A stretch of DNA of 64,000 nt, from NCBI RefSeq assembly GCF_009914755.1, contig NC_060925.1; one strand, given 5' to 3'. The translations under genes and the position numbers were made by a program. The first letter of the stretch is position 1. Every line of letters starts with the position of its first letter. Below are positions 38,369 through 59,939 of the stretch, one piece after another. This DNA is from the human T2T-CHM13v2.0 reference genome, Homo sapiens. The notes beneath the pieces are model-generated. The model was given only the letters and a program-made list of their open reading frames with translations. It had not been told where the DNA came from and did no database searches.

Positions 38369-41300
38369 TCACCCAACAGTAGAAGAATACACACTCCTCT
38401 CAAGCACACATAAAACCTTCTCCAGAATATGTTAGGTCACAAAACAAGTCTTAACAAATTGAAGAAGATCGGAACAGTACCAAGTATTTTTTTCTGGCCA
38501 CAGTTAAATGAAACTAAAAATCAACAACAGCAACAAAACGGGAAAATTCACAGATATGTGGAAACTAAATAATATACGCTTGAAAAGCCACTGCATCAAA
38601 GAGGAAATCAAAAGGGAATTTAAAAAATATCTAGAGACAAAAATGAAAGCACAACCTACTAAAACGTACGAGATGCAGCAAAAGCAATACTAAGAGGAAA
38701 GTTTACAGCAATAAATGCCTACATTCAAAAAGAAGAATCATCTCAAATATATAATCTAGCTTTATGCCTCAAAAACCTAGACAAAAAACAAACTAAAGCC
38801 AAAATTAGCAAAGGAAGGAAATAATAAAAATCAGAGCAAGAATAACTCAAGTAGATACTAGAAAACAAATCAACAAACAAAAAGCTGTGATTTTTTTAAA
38901 GAATTAACAACATTTACAATTCTATAGCTGGGTTGAAAAAAGACTCAAATAAAATTATTAGTAAAAGAAAAGATACTACAACTGATGCCACAGAAATACA
39001 AAAAATTATAAGATACTTCTGTGAATAATTATATGCCAACAAATTGGAGGTCCTAGAAGAAATGGAGAAATCCATAGAAGCATACAACCTAGTAAGACTG
39101 AACCATGATGAAATAGAAAATATGAACAGATCAATAATGACTAAGGAGACTAAATCAATAATCAAAACTCCCAACGACAAAATGAAGCCCAAGACTTGCT
39201 GTCTTCATTGGTGAATGCTGCCAAACTTTTTAAAAATAATTAACGCTAATTATTCTTAAAGTCTTCCCAAGACTGGAAGTACGGAGAATACTTCTAAACT
39301 CATTTTATAAAACCAGCATCATCCTGATACTAAAGCTAGAGAAAGACACCACAAAAAAACTATAGGCCAATGTCTCTGATTAACATTGATGCAAAAATCC
39401 TCGATCAAATACTTACAAACAAAATTCAACAACATGTCAAAGCAATTATACACCATGACCAAGTGAGATTTATCTCTGGTATGCAGGTTGGTTTAATATA
39501 TGCAAATCAATCAATGTGATACATGAAATTAACAGAATGAAAGATAAAAACTATGTTATCTCAATATACACAGAAAAACATTTGACAAATTTTATCACCC
39601 TTTTATGATTAAAACTCTCAACAAATAGGTATAGAAAGAAATTTGCTCAAAACATTAAAGGCCATTTATAAAGAGCCCATAGCTAATATGATCATCAATG
39701 TTATCTTAGAGAAAACTTTTTCCTCTGAGGTCTTGTACAAGCCAAGGATGCCTACTCCCACCACTTTTATTACTAAAAGTACTGGCAAAAGCAGTCAGAC
39801 AGAAAAAGAAATAAGAGGTATCTAAATCATAAAAGAAAACATAAAATTATTTCTCTTTGCAGATGATGTGATCCTGTATGTAGAACCCTTTAAGATTACA
39901 AAAAAAAACTTTTAAAACTAATAAATAAACTCAGTAAATTTGCAGGATACAAAATCCACATAGAATAATCAGTTGCACTTCTTTACATCAACAACAATCT
40001 ATCTGAAAAGGAAATCAAGAAAATAATTTCATTTATAATATCATCAAAAAGAATAATATACTAACAAATAAATTTAACCAAGGAGCTGAAAAATCTGTAC
40101 ACCAAAATCTATTAAGCATTGATGAAACAAATTGAAGAACCCATAAATTGAAAGATCTTGTGTTCATGGATTTGAAGAATTAATATTTTTTAAATGTCCA
40201 TACCACCCCAAATGATATACAGATTCAATGCAATCCCTATCAAAATCCCAAATGGTATTTTTAACCAACATAGAGAAGACAATTCCAAAACTTGTATGTA
40301 ACCACAAAAGACCCCAAATATTCACCTTGAGAAAGAACAAAGTTGGAGGCATCACACTTCCTAATTTAAAATTATATTACAAAGCTATAGCAATCAAAAC
40401 ACTGTTACTGGCATAATTATAGAAACATAGACCAATAGAACTGAATTGAAAGGCTGGAAATAGACCGTAACATATACAATCAATTTTCAACAAGGGCACC
40501 AAGAATACACAATGGAGAGAGAATAGCCTCTTCAACTAATGGTTCTGGAAAAACTGGATACCCACATGTAAAAAAATAAAATAAAATAAAACTCTACCCT
40601 TACACCATACACAAAAATCAACACAAAATTAATTAGTTAAAACAACACAAAATTAAATACTTAAATGTAATATCTGAAACGGTAAAACACCTAGTAAAGA
40701 ACATGGGGAAAATCTTCTTGATATTGGCATTGACAATAACTTGGATATAATAGCAAAAGCTAAGCCAACAAAATAAAATATATACAAGTGGAACTACATC
40801 AGACTTTAAAACTTCTGCACAGCAAAGGAACTAATCAGTGAAATGAAAAGACAACCCATGGACTGAAAGAAAATATTTGCAAACCATATATGATGAGGGT
40901 TAACATTCAAAACATATAAGTATCTCCTACAACGCAACAATAACAGCAATAAAGAAACCAATAATCCAATTTAAAAATGGGCAAGGACTTGAACAGATTT
41001 TTTTCCAAAGATGACATACAAATGGATAAGTGGTATCTGAAAAGCAACACTGGACAAATGCAAATAAAAACCACAATGAGATGTTACCACAATACCTGTT
41101 AGGATGACTATTATAAAAAGAAAATAGATAAGTGTTGATGAGGATGTAGAGGAAAGGGAACCTTTGTACACTGTTGGTGGCAATATAAATTGGTATAGCC
41201 AATATGTAAAACAGTATGAAGGTTCCTTAAAATAATAAAAATAAAACTACCATATGATCTAGCAATCCCTCTTCTGTGTATACATCCAAAGTAAAATTAG

Positions 41301-41716
41301 TACCTTGAAGAGATACCTGTGCTCTCATGATCATTCCAACATTATTTACAATAGCCAAACAACCTAAATGTCCATCAACAAAAGAACAGATTTTAAAAGT
41401 TATGGTAGATATATACGCAGTGAAATATTATTCCACTTTTAAAAAGGAGATTCTGTCATTTATAACAATATGGTAAGTGAAATAAGCTAGACCAGAAATT
41501 TCAAGAGCTCAATTATATTTGCAGTGTTAAAAGATCAAATATATAGAAATAGAGAGTAAAATGGTGGTTACCTGGGGTGAGGAGGTAGGGGGGAATGGGG
41601 AGATATTGGTAAAAGAGTATAAAGTTAACAGTTATGTAGAATGAAAAAAATCTAATCTCATGATCTAATGTATAGCATGATGACTATAGTTACAGTATTG
41701 TATACTAAAAATCTGA

Positions 41717-42010
41717 GGCCAGGGCTGGTGGCTTCTGCCTGTAATCCCAGCACTTTGAGAGGCTGAGGTGGGAGGATCATTTAAGCCCAAGAATTCAAGA
41801 CCAGCCTGGGCAACAAAATGGGACCTCATCTCTACCAAAAATTTAAAAATTAGCTGAGCGTGGTGGTGCACATCTATAGTTCCAGCTACTCAGAAGGTTG
41901 AGGTGGGAGCATCTTTTGAACCCAGGAGGTTGAGGCCGTAGTGAGCCGTGATTATGCCAGTGCATTTCAGCCTGCACAATGAAGCAAGACTCTGTCTCAA
42001 AAAAAGAAAG
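41717..42010 (+). mobile_element. AluJ
   Basis: ggaggatcatttaagcccaagaattc; gaggttgaggccgtagtgagccgtgat; TSD AAAT(C/T)TGA. Confidence 0.9.
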
Positions 42011-42370
42011 AAATTTGATAAAAGTAGATTTCAGGTTCTCTCACAACACAAAAAAGGATACAAGATGTGAAGTGATGGATACGTGAATTTGCTTGACTAT
42101 AGTGTAATTTCACTATGTGTAGGTATATCAAAACATTATGTACACCTTAAATTTATGCAAGTTTTTTTTAAGAAATACTAGATTGGGAAACATGCATATC
42201 ATTGGTGACTTTTAGCTCCCCAAGTATAGTTTCAGTGGTGCTATAGGCACTAAAGCATAATTGGAGTAGGCAAAAGAAGTATGAATATAATTGGATATGA
42301 GGAATATGGATACTATTTTTAATAAACTTTCCTATAAGGGAAACAGAGAAATGTAGCAAAAACTAGATGG

Positions 42371-42775
42371 TGTTAAAAGAAAAACTTCAGCCGAATTAAA
42401 TTTAAAGGAGTTTAATTGAGCAATGAATGATTTGCGAATTGGGCAACCCCCAGAAGAATCACAGTAGATTCAGAGAGACTCCAGAGCAGCCATGTGGTAG
42501 AAGAAGATTTAAAGACAAAGAAAAGTGAAGTGACGTTACAGAAATCAGAAGTGAGGTACAGAAACAACTGGATTGGTTACAGCTCAGTGTATGCCTTCTT
42601 TCAAAACAGTTTGAATACTTGACAACAGTGTATGAGTGGTTGAAGTATGGCTGCTGGGATTGGTCAAGACTCAGCTATTGTTACAGGCACATACTCCCAA
42701 GTTAGGTTACAGTTTGTCCCCAAGGTCTCAAATATAGAAGTATAGAGTCCTTCTCATCCCATATTTAGTTTAACA
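42371..42775 (-). mobile_element. MER57-family (ERV1) solo LTR
   Basis: tgttaaaagaaaaacttcagccgaattaaattt ... catatttagtttaaca. Perfect 4-bp TSD ATGG at 42367-42370 and 42776-42779. Confidence 0.85.
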
Positions 42776-43254
42776 ATGGGAAATGGGAGGTCAAGTGACT
42801 TTCTTATAAGATACTGTAAGACTACATGCTGATTCAGTTAAAAGGAAATTATAAAGATGTATGGGCAGAGGGATGATACAATGTCATGAGTGGCATCCTT
42901 TTAGAGTTATGAAATATGACCCTGCTCCGTTAATGGTTGTTTCCACTTGGAGTACATCTCTGGTTACACTGTTTCCGTCACAAAAACATAAGACACCTTG
43001 TTGCACTGACTTAATTAATCTTGAAATCCCAACCACACACCTGCTATAGCTTGTTTTTAATTTTGTAACCTTCTAAACAATGTTATAATGTATGATGGAT
43101 TTTTTTCCTGGTTTACCATTAATCCAAAGGTGCAAAACTGTCTTTTAAATAGGAATGGTGTGTGCTGCTTCTGTACCATCAAGTGCTCTGGTACTGTAAA
43201 AACATTTAGTACACAAGGACCACTAGAAATCTTCTGAATTACTGATCAGCAACA

Positions 43255-43571
43255 AAGTCATTCTTCAGTATCCATGGGGCATGGGTTTCAGGACCCCACG
43301 GAAGCTAAAATCAGAGGATGCTCAAGTCCCTAATATAAAATGATGTAGTATTTGCAAATAAGCTATGCATATTTTCCCATATACTTTAAACAATCCCTAG
43401 ATTACTTATAATACCTAGTACAATAGTTGTTATACTTTATTGTTTAGGCAATAGTAACAAGAGTAAAAGCCTGTACATGTGCAATATAGATGCAATTTTT
43501 TAAAAAAATGTTTTCGATCTTCAGTCAGTTGAATTGGCAGATGGAAACCCATGGACGTGGTGAGCTGACTG
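43255..43571 (+). mobile_element. MER2 (TcMar-Tigger) non-autonomous DNA transposon
   Basis: cagtatccatgggg...ggatgctcaagtccctaatataaaat ... aacccatggac...gctgactg followed by TA. Confidence 0.88.
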
Positions 43572-45062
43572 TATATTGTTCTGTTAGAAATGGAAATTTC
43601 TTGTAGAAAATTCCAGTGAGAGTTTTCTCTTATTCTATCCAAAACAAATAAATATAAACATAAATTGACTCTTTTGAATAAAAGTACAGCAAGAGAATTA
43701 TTAATTTTTAAAACAACCTAAGCATGTTTAGATCTACAGAGCAACATGAACATTGAATATTACTAATAAAATGATAGTTATGGTTTTCACTCACTTTTTT
43801 CTGCAAAAATGAAATAAATAATGCATTGTTTCTGTTCTCCTTTTTTTTTTTCTCTCTCTCTCTCCTGGTTTTATTTTTCTGTTAATGGAGTGGCAATTTC
43901 ATCACATTCCACACATACAGTATGTTTTAACAGTTTTTACATTCTGATAACGACTTTGGTGAAAAAGCAGTGAATAATGTGTTAACATTGCTAAAAATGA
44001 CCTTAACATTTATATTTTCTGAATATGTTATTTGAACAAATAACCTCTATCTTATTTAATATATTTTTGCTCACATTTCCTAAGTAAATTTATATGTGTA
44101 TGTAAAGACTAAAACCTAACACTTACCCATGTTCAGTAACAACTGAGTAGAGGGTGCGCCCTAAAATTAATTCTGAAAAAAGTTTATTTGTCTTCAAGTT
44201 GCTGTCTTCATGTGAATTGCTATTTGAAGCTAAGTAGCTGATAATTTCTAGACATATTCATTCTTTTGTTCCTAAAGCCAGTTGTTTGAATATTAGAAAG
44301 AAATATTCATGTCCAAAAGCTTCATGCTAACAGGCAAACAATTACATGAAGATAAGTGTCAACATAATTAGAGTATATTCCTTATAGATATTTTGTGAAT
44401 GGTAGGCTTTATGGGGACATTTTTCCTTTGGAATGATAAAACAAGAAGAGGATTCCTTCAGCATGACTTCAGGTTTCTCATGTCTTTTTTAATTTGAGGG
44501 TTTGAGCCTTCAGCTTGTCTGCAGATAACACAAGTGTGGGGTGGTCTTAGATTTTAAACTGTATCCTGACAATGCCATTGTCATATAATAATGGGGGGGG
44601 GCAATTTAGCTTATCTTGCTTCTTACAGATCTTTTCTATAAAGTATTTTGCTGAAAATCATAATATACCTCTTATTATAGCACAGTACTTTATGTTTAGA
44701 AGGCATGTATTAAAAATCAATATAATTCAGTCAAGCCAAGTTTTATTCAATGCCCGTATGTGTTAACCACATCACAGGCGATGAAATTTGTTTGCATTAA
44801 GAGACCCTCTAAAATTTCTACTTTTCTCATGTTTATTTACTTACCTCAAAATAAATAATTTAATTCCAAAGACATGGTATTATCTCTAAATTAAATTTAA
44901 AATAATATATAACTAGAATTGTGTTGGTCTTATAAATTAAAGGTATATTCTTGGCAACAGAAACCAGTGAGTTGGCTGGTGGAAAGAAATAATAAATTCT
45001 TCATTCCCTTGTTTTGTCTTAATTCCTTCCTTCCTCTATCAAAAATCACAATGCATTCTAAA

Positions 45063-45093
<31 letters not shown>

Positions 45094-46736
45094 GGACTCT
45101 GAGTCAGAGAGACCCTGACTCTCCAGCTTTCATTCTGTGTACACCAGTATTGGGAAATGACTCAGTTCAATGCCAGGGCCCTGCCTGCTTGTCTATTAAC
45201 CTAATTGACAGTGCCTGTGACACGTGTCAGGCTGACTTCTCTCAGAACAGCTTACAGATTTGAGCAAATTGGAAAGAGTGAAGGCAGGAAAACCTAACCA
45301 CTATTGCTCCTTCATCTCCAGGAGAACAAAGTGCCAGCTTGACTGTTTGAGATTATGTAAAAAAAACTCAAGAAAAAATAATTTGAAAGAAACATATATG
45401 CAAGGAGGACGTGCTTCCCAGGACAGACAATAGAAGCATGTTACTAAGGGCCTCCAATGTGGTCTCAGTATCAGGATACAGCTGTGTGACTGTAAACAAA
45501 GGAATTTCAAAGGGTTCCTGGACAGTGATGGCTAAAATTATTCATCTAGAAGCAGGTGGATTAAAAAGAAGAAACATTGTTAACTCCTAATATGGAAACT
45601 AAATATAAGGGTCCAAGAGAATGAGAGTGAAAGAACTACAGAAAGAAAGCATGGCAATGCTAATAAATTAGTAAGATAGCCTCAGGCCTTTTGCCAAGAA
45701 AACTGCCAACACGATGGCTCAAATTGTCATGAGACATGTTTAGTAGCATGTCAAAAAAGTCAAATTTCGCTCCGCTTATCTAGCAGAGAACAAGAATATA
45801 TATAAATATATACATATATATATTTATTTATTTTTAAATGCTCCATTGCAATCTAGTTCATAGGTTATATGAAACTTGGTATTTTTCACACATCGTCTAT
45901 TTTCTAGTATACTACTAAGCTTTTTCCAGCTCATCAAAAAGGGAATTTAATTAACTGAAAAACAAGTAAAACCTACTGTTCAATCCCTGTTTGAAAGGGG
46001 TCACAGAATGTCTCCCAATTAAAAAGAGAGGAGTCCAGATTAGTCTGTTGTCACTTTTGCACCCCTCGATGCACATTTTGAATGTAAATTTTTGAACAGT
46101 TAAGACAGACTTTACCACATACAAGCCAGTCTAACTGGAAATTATGGTAGGATAACACCTCATGAATACCGTAGGTATTAATGGTTCCCATCAGTTTAAG
46201 CTTTGCAAATACTGTGTCTGTTCCTGACAGATAATGATTTTATTCCTCTTCTGCCCCTAATTTTCATTATAGGCATTTTATGAACTATCATTCATTCACT
46301 TATTCAACTAATATTTATTGAGTGTTTATCATGTGCGAGGCCCTCTGAGAGACCCTTGATTATTGCTGCTCAGTGTAAACTTTGGAAGAATGTAAACCAC
46401 ACACAAACCTAAAATGTCGCAAATTTTTGAACATGTAGAAGCTGCTGAATTAATGTCACCATTGGGGTAAAAAATCCTAAGGATGATTATTGTTTTCTCA
46501 TAAAATCTGTATCTTATATCTTAAATTATAAGCTTCTGGGAGACAAGTATTGAATCTAGTTTGTTCTCATATTTTCTCCTACATATCACCCCACATAGAA
46601 GGCCATCAGTATTTTATACAGATATTGACTCAGCAAAGTATTCATTTATTAGAGCAAAGTATTCATTTATTAGACCAAAATGCAAAATGTTTATAAGAGT
46701 ATGATTCAAAAAAACATTGTGTATAGTCAGCTATAC

Positions 46737-47100
46737 CATTCATTTATTCATTTATCCATTTCATTTCTACGACACTTTTTATTGAGATTCTACTGTGTGT
46801 CAAGAATAATACCAAACGCTGAGGCTAAAACAGTACATAAAATAGACATGGGCTCTGCAATCTCAGGGAGATTGTATTCTTCTGAAGTAGAAAGTAAACA
46901 AATATACAAACAATTACACGTGATAAGCGCAAAGAATGGAACTGAAGAGGTACTACTATAGAGAATAATGAGGTTACCTTAGATTAGACATAGAAGATCT
47001 CTCTGAGGAGGTGATATTTAATCTGAGAACTGACAGAATTAATGAATGTTAGCTACTTTTGCATGTGCAAAGGCTCGAGGCAGAGAAAGAACTTGGCAAT
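46737..47100 (-). mobile_element. L2 3' end
   Basis: cattcatttattcatt...tttattgagattctactgtgtgtcaag; ctctctgaggaggtgatattt; tgtgcaaaggctcgaggcag. Confidence 0.75.
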
Positions 47101-47106
47101 ATCTCA

Positions 47107-47548
47107 CGTACTGAGTTGAACATCGTCTCCCCAAATTCACATCTGCCTAGAACCTCAGAATAATGTGACCTTAATTGAAAATAGTCTTTGTAGATATCAT
47201 CAAGCTAAAATAAGGTCACACTGGATTACGGTGGGCCTTAAACCAACGACTGGTATCTTTATAAGGAAAGGGAGATTTGGACATAGACACACAGGGAAAG
47301 CAGTCATTTGACTGTGGAGGCAGAGGCTAGAGTGATGCTGCCATGAGCAAAGAAGCAATAGGAGCCACAGGTAGCTGGAAGACACAAGGAAGGATTCTCC
47401 TCTAGACCATCCCAAGGGAGCATGACCCTGCCAACTTCTTGATTTTGGACCCCTAGCCTCCTAAACTGAGAGAGAATAAACTTCTGTTGTTTTAAGCCAA
47501 ACTAGAGTTTATGGTAATTTGATATAGTATTCCTAAGGAACTAACACA
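47107..47548 (+). mobile_element. MLT1B/C MaLR solo LTR
   Basis: agaacctcagaa...gtgacctta; ggaggcagaggctagagtgatgc; aataaacttctgttgttttaagcc...ggaactaacaca. Confidence 0.88.
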
Positions 47549-49470
47549 CCTAAGAAATATCAGAAGGCTAAAATCAATGAGTAAGAGAACCTTTCTTTGC
47601 CAAGGCTGCTAATCTGAGTGATGGTAATGTCTTGCATCTTTCAATAAAATTCAATAAGAAAGAGGAAACTTCAGTTAAAGAATACAGATAGGGAAGGAAA
47701 TATGTTTTTGCTACTTCCTAAATACCTTCTGCTCATCACTCCTTGCTTATTCATGGTGACAATTTCACCCACTGTAAAGGCCATCACTGGGTGAAGCCTG
47801 TAAGCCGGAGCAGATTGTGCCTTCTCCCAGCAGGCATTTTGACCCAAGAGATATGCTAACAGAGGCCATTACTCCAAGAGCTTAGGGTCTGACCAGAGTA
47901 CTGAGTAGTTTCTAAGAGATGGATAATCCCAAACCATAGTACAAGTTTGGACAATCATTTGAAAAGATTTGACTTTGCTTATTAGCCCAAGTTAACAACA
48001 ACAACAAAACTAAAACACTCAGATAAATCCCAAGCCTGGAACCCAAAGACCTGTGATAAAAACTCATATTTCCAAACTTGCACTTTTGTGCCTCTTTTTA
48101 GAGGCATCTTCTCAGTGCTCATCTCTAATGTGGTAGCAGAGAACAATTAAAAATCGACAAGAAGATAAAATGGTAGAATCCAGCTTGGTAAATTTTTGCT
48201 TTCTCACATTAGCAGAATGTGTTATATCCTATGGAGTTGCAAATTTTTTAGTGTTATTTTTATTTGAATGTGTCTATTTTCCTTCTATCAGACAGGTGGT
48301 TTGGCAGTGTTTGCATTGAACATTTATCCCAGCTCTCCAGACTATGAGGAGCTAGGTTGAATCTGATCAAGATGAGTGACCATCACATTGAGATGAATGC
48401 CACTTTAGATAGCTTTGGTTTTTTTTCTCTTCCTTGGGAAGGAATAAGCATCTCTTGTAGATAGCAAAATTGCATAAAGCTACATGAAAAGCTTTTGAAA
48501 TTCTATATGTTAAGGAAAGAATGTATCTGGATCATAAATAGCCAGGAGTTACATCATTAGACATGTATTATTTTTGCCTTCCCAACATCCATTCCCACTT
48601 TTCTGATTCTATATTACAGAGTACATTCATTCCTTATTTTTAGCCTATGTCATTTGGAATGGTACTCACTCCACCTTAGGATCCAGACATCAGCACAAAA
48701 ACCAGACTCAGTCAAAAAGAACACTATGACTAGTTCAGAGATGGAGAGAATCATTAAAATCCAATAAAGATGCATTGCAAGTTTGCTTATAATGTTGTAT
48801 TGGCTAAGCAACTAATTTTCCTGCCTTATTGTCCTGAAAAATTCCTAATCTTTCGAAACCAAATTTAGATGTCACTTCCTTTGTAAAACCTTCCCTGCTT
48901 CCTTATTGCATTGTTAATCACCCACTTCTGCTTAATTTCCTTACCTACTTACAGAAGTTATTCTTATTTATTGAGTACCTACAATGTTCCAAGCACTATG
49001 TTAGGCACCAGAGATTCAAGGAAAAATAAGTTATGGTTACTGCTTTTGAAGAATTTATAAACAATTTGAGGGAAAAGAAAATAAACTGGCAATTGCAATG
49101 TAACATAAAACATTGTGTGATAGAGTGTACATTTAAAAAAAAATTCCAACTAATTTCAAGGTGGCAATTGACAGCGGGACTACATTTTATAGTTATAATT
49201 CATTAAGTGATCAATGTATGTGTTATGAGAAACAAGCCACATTTGCATAAACCAGTGAGTTAGAGAGGCTGAGTAGAGAAACCTCTGCTAAGATGAGGTC
49301 TCAGAGCTCAGAGATAAATCAAATGATCATATTTATTTCTCATATTTTTTTAGAAAAATAAAGTGATCGCATAAAGGCAGACCACATTTGAATCAACACA
49401 AAGGAGGAAAGATACTACCAAAACCGTGTAAGACATACAAGGTTTTAAAAGTGAAATAGAAATGAACATA

Positions 49471-51965
49471 ACACACTGAATTCAACAACACATTAAAAAG
49501 ATTATTCATCACAACCAAGTGGGATTTATCCCAGGGATGCAAGGATGATTCAACATAATGCAAATCAATCAGTGTGATGCATCATATCAACAGAATGAAG
49601 GACAAAACTATATGATCATTTCAATAGATGCTGAAGAAGCATTTGATAAAATTTGCCATCCCTTCATGAAAAAACCTCTCAAAAAACTGAGTATAGAAGG
49701 AATATACCTCAATATAATAAAAGCCATATACAACAGACACACAGCTAATATCATACTTAATTGGAAAAAACTAAAAGCCTTTCCTCTAAGATCTAGAACA
49801 CGACAAGAAGGCCACTTTTACCACTGTTAATCAACATAGTACTGGAAGTCCTAGCTAGAGAAATCAGACAGGTGAAAGAAAAAAAAAAAAAAGGACATCC
49901 AAGTTGGAAAGGAAGAAGTCAAATTATCCCTTCTGAGGCCAACATGATCTTATATTTGGAAAAACCTAAAGACTCCACCAGAAAACCTATTAGAACTGAT
50001 GAACAAATTCAGAAAAGTTGCTGGTTACAAAATCAACATATAAAAATCAGTAACATTTCTTTATGTGAACAGCAAACAATCTGAAAAAGAAATCAAGAAA
50101 GTAACCCCATTTGCAATAGCTAGGAATCAACTTAACCAAAGCAGAAGATCTCTGCAATAAAAACAATAAAATATTGATGCAAGAAACTGAAGAGGACACA
50201 AAAAATGGAAAGATATTTCACTTTCATGGATTGGAAGAATCAATATTGTTAAAATGTCCATATTACTCAGAACAATCTACAGATTCAACACAATCCTTAT
50301 CAAAGTACCCATGACATTCTTCACATAAATAGAAAAAAAAATCCTGAAATTTATATGGAAACACAAAAGACCCAGAATAGCCAAAGCCATCCTGAGCAAA
50401 AAGAACAAAACTGGAGGGATTACATTACCTGACTTCAAATTTTACTACAGAGCTAAAGTAAACAAAATAGCATGGCACTGGTATAAAAAGAGACACATTA
50501 ACCAGTGGAACAGAATAAACAATCAGAAACAAATTTATATATCTAAAGTGAATTCATTTTTCATAAAGGTGCCAAGAACACACATAGGAAAAGAACTGTC
50601 TCTTCAATAAAGGGTGCTGGGAAAACAGGATATACATATGCAGAAGAATGAAAGTAGACCCGTCTCTCACCATATACAAAAATCGAATCGAAATGGATTA
50701 AAAACTTAAATCTAAGACCTCAAACTATAAAGCCACTAAAAGAAAATGTTGGAGAAACTTTCCAGGACATTGGAGTAGGCAAATATTTCTTGAGCAATAC
50801 CCCACAAGCACAGGAAACCAAAGCAAATGTGAACAAATGGGATCACATCTAGTTAAAAAGCTTCTGAACAGCAAATGAAACCATCAACAAGGGAAAGAGA
50901 CAACCCACAGGATGGGAGAAAATATTTGCAGACTCTCCATCTGACAAGGGATTAATAACTAGAATATGTAACAAGCTCAAACAACTCTATAGAAAAAAAA
51001 ATCTAAAAATAAGATTTAAAAACAGGCAAAAGATCAGAATAGACATTTCTCAGAAGTAGACATATAAATGGCAAACAGATATGTGAAAAGTTTATCAGCA
51101 TCATTGATCATCAGAGAAATGAACATCAAAATTACAATTAGATGTCATCTCATCCCAGTTAAAATGGCTTGTATCTAAAATAGAGACAATAACAAATGTC
51201 AGTGAGGATGTGGAGAAAAGGAAATGTTGTACATTGTTGGTGGGAATGTAAAATAGTACAACCACTATGGAGAACAGTTTAGAGATTCCTCAAACATATT
51301 AATAGAACTACCATATGACCCACCATCCCCACTGCTACATATATACCTGGAAGAAAAGAAATCAGTATATCAAAGAGATATCTGCATGGCCATGTTTCTT
51401 GTAGCACTATTCACAATAACCAAGATTCAGAAGCAACCCATGTCCATCAACAGATGAATGGATGAAGAAAATATGTTACATATAGACAATGCAGTATTAT
51501 TCAACCATTAAAAAAACGTGATCCTGTCATTTGCACAGCAACATGGATGGAACTGGAGGTCATTATGTTAAGTAAAATAAACTAGGCACAGAAAGACAAG
51601 GTTTGCATGTTCTCATTTATTTGTGGAATCTATAAATTAAAATGACTGAACCCATGGAGATAGAGCATAGAATGATGGCTACCAAAGGCTGGGAAGGGTA
51701 GTGAGGGGGGAGTTAGGGTGAGGGGGAATAGAATAAGATCTAGTATATGATAGCACAACAGAGTGACTATATTCAACAACAATTTAATTGTGCATTTTAA
51801 AATAACTAAACAAATATAATTGGATTGTTTGCAAAACAAACGACAAATGCTTGGAGTGATTAATATATTATTTGCTCTAATGTAATTATTATACATTGTA
51901 TGCCATATCAAAATATCCCAAACTCCCCCATAAATATATACACCTACTATGTACCCACAAATATA
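49471..51965 (+). mobile_element. 5'-truncated L1MA1-3-like element
   Basis: ORF 49558..49830 ([22 protein letters not shown]) is L1 RT. L1MA 3'UTR ends tacacctactatgtacccacaaa. Confidence 0.9.
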
Positions 51966-52914
51966 TGTAGAGAAAAAACATACAAAGGAGATTTAATGTA
52001 TATAAAGTGGCTATTCCTAAGGAAGAAAACAAAAATCCTGAGACAGAAAAGATATTTGAAGAAAGTTTAGAACATTGAATAATTAACAGATATATATTCG
52101 AATAAATTTATTAGACTACAAAGAGAACAAAATGAGTAAAAAAAGGAAGAAGGAGAAAGAGAAAGAGAGGAAGAGATGGAAGGAGGAACCCTCTACTTTT
52201 CATCACTCTGCTATAATTGCTTCTTACTGACGGTAACTGCTTCAAAATCTCTCAAAGAAACTTTCACGTGGTTAAAATAATGTTAATAATGAGCGTGTAA
52301 GATTGAGATCTTGCACTCTAAATGCAATTAGTATTGCACATGAGTATATTAATAGTGCAACTATTGACATTATTCATTCATAGTATGAGCAATTCATGTA
52401 TAATATTTTTGTAGACAGTCTTTCTAGAAAACCTCTATACTCTAAGATGGTGAGTAGCATGAAATGCATTACCTGGGCATCTCAATCCTCCCTCATGTAA
52501 CAGATTTTTCTTGATGCTTTCAAAAGAAGAAAATCATGTTTGCCATTCCTTGGCCAGCAAAAAAAGTCTGTAATAACTGAGGATAAACCTGAATATTATT
52601 CACCAGTCTACATATTTGTTGGTGCACTTGCAGATAGCTGCTCTTGAATACTATAGATACTAAGGGGAATAACTGAATTAGGTTAAGTGAGGGATTTCGA
52701 AATTACCATCCATATAGTGGGGTGTCCTTATTAAAAGTACTCCCACCACCCACTAAGAGAAATGCTGTCTCCAGTAGTTCTTTCTGCATAAAGCTACTAG
52801 GGCCTCTGTCATATGCAAAAAGAAAAACCAGCCCTGCATCTCTATGAAAATTTATTGTCAGGAACTCATGGTAGACCCCAAGGTACTAAAATATAACAGT
52901 AAGCAAACATTTTT

Positions 52915-59270
<6,356 letters not shown>

Positions 59271-59939
59271 AGCAAACATTTTTGCAATAAGAACGATTAT
59301 AAACATAAGCAAAACAAAGGTTCCCCCCAACCCTTTCTCCTATAACTTTTCTCCAGATCTCAAAAGGAATACTTAAATCTAGCAAAACTCAGATTCATCC
59401 AAATTAATTTTACTCCAAAGGGACATAAGTTCAATTAAGCAAGTGATTATTAGGACTTGTTGTGCTGTGGGTCACTGGGGAAAATTACTAAAGTTGAGCG
59501 ATAAAAGGAATGTTCTGACTTCAGGTTGGCCTGGAATTTTAAAATTCCATTCCCAAGAAACTCAGCGCTGCATTCTTACTGAACTATTTACTGAATCAAT
59601 ATGGCTGGTTAATATTTTCCTTAGTAAGGAGAAATTCAATACTGAAAAAAATCCACTCAGAAGACTTTAATTGAAATGAGGTGGACAAAGTTAGATCACA
59701 ATCCACAGGAACATGGAGGAGAGCTATGCAAATCAGCCTGAGGTTTTCAGAATGTGTTCCTAGATGAGAAAACGTCTCATGAACTGAGTTCTTTACGACG
59801 GGGTAAGGCAATGTTGGATAGGAGAAAGACTACTTTATACTAAGAAAATAAAAATAGCAAGGAAGGGTGACATAAATAGCCTGGCATTTTTGAAAAACCA
59901 TGTTATTCAGTAAGAAGGTACTCAAAAGATAAGTAAGAC

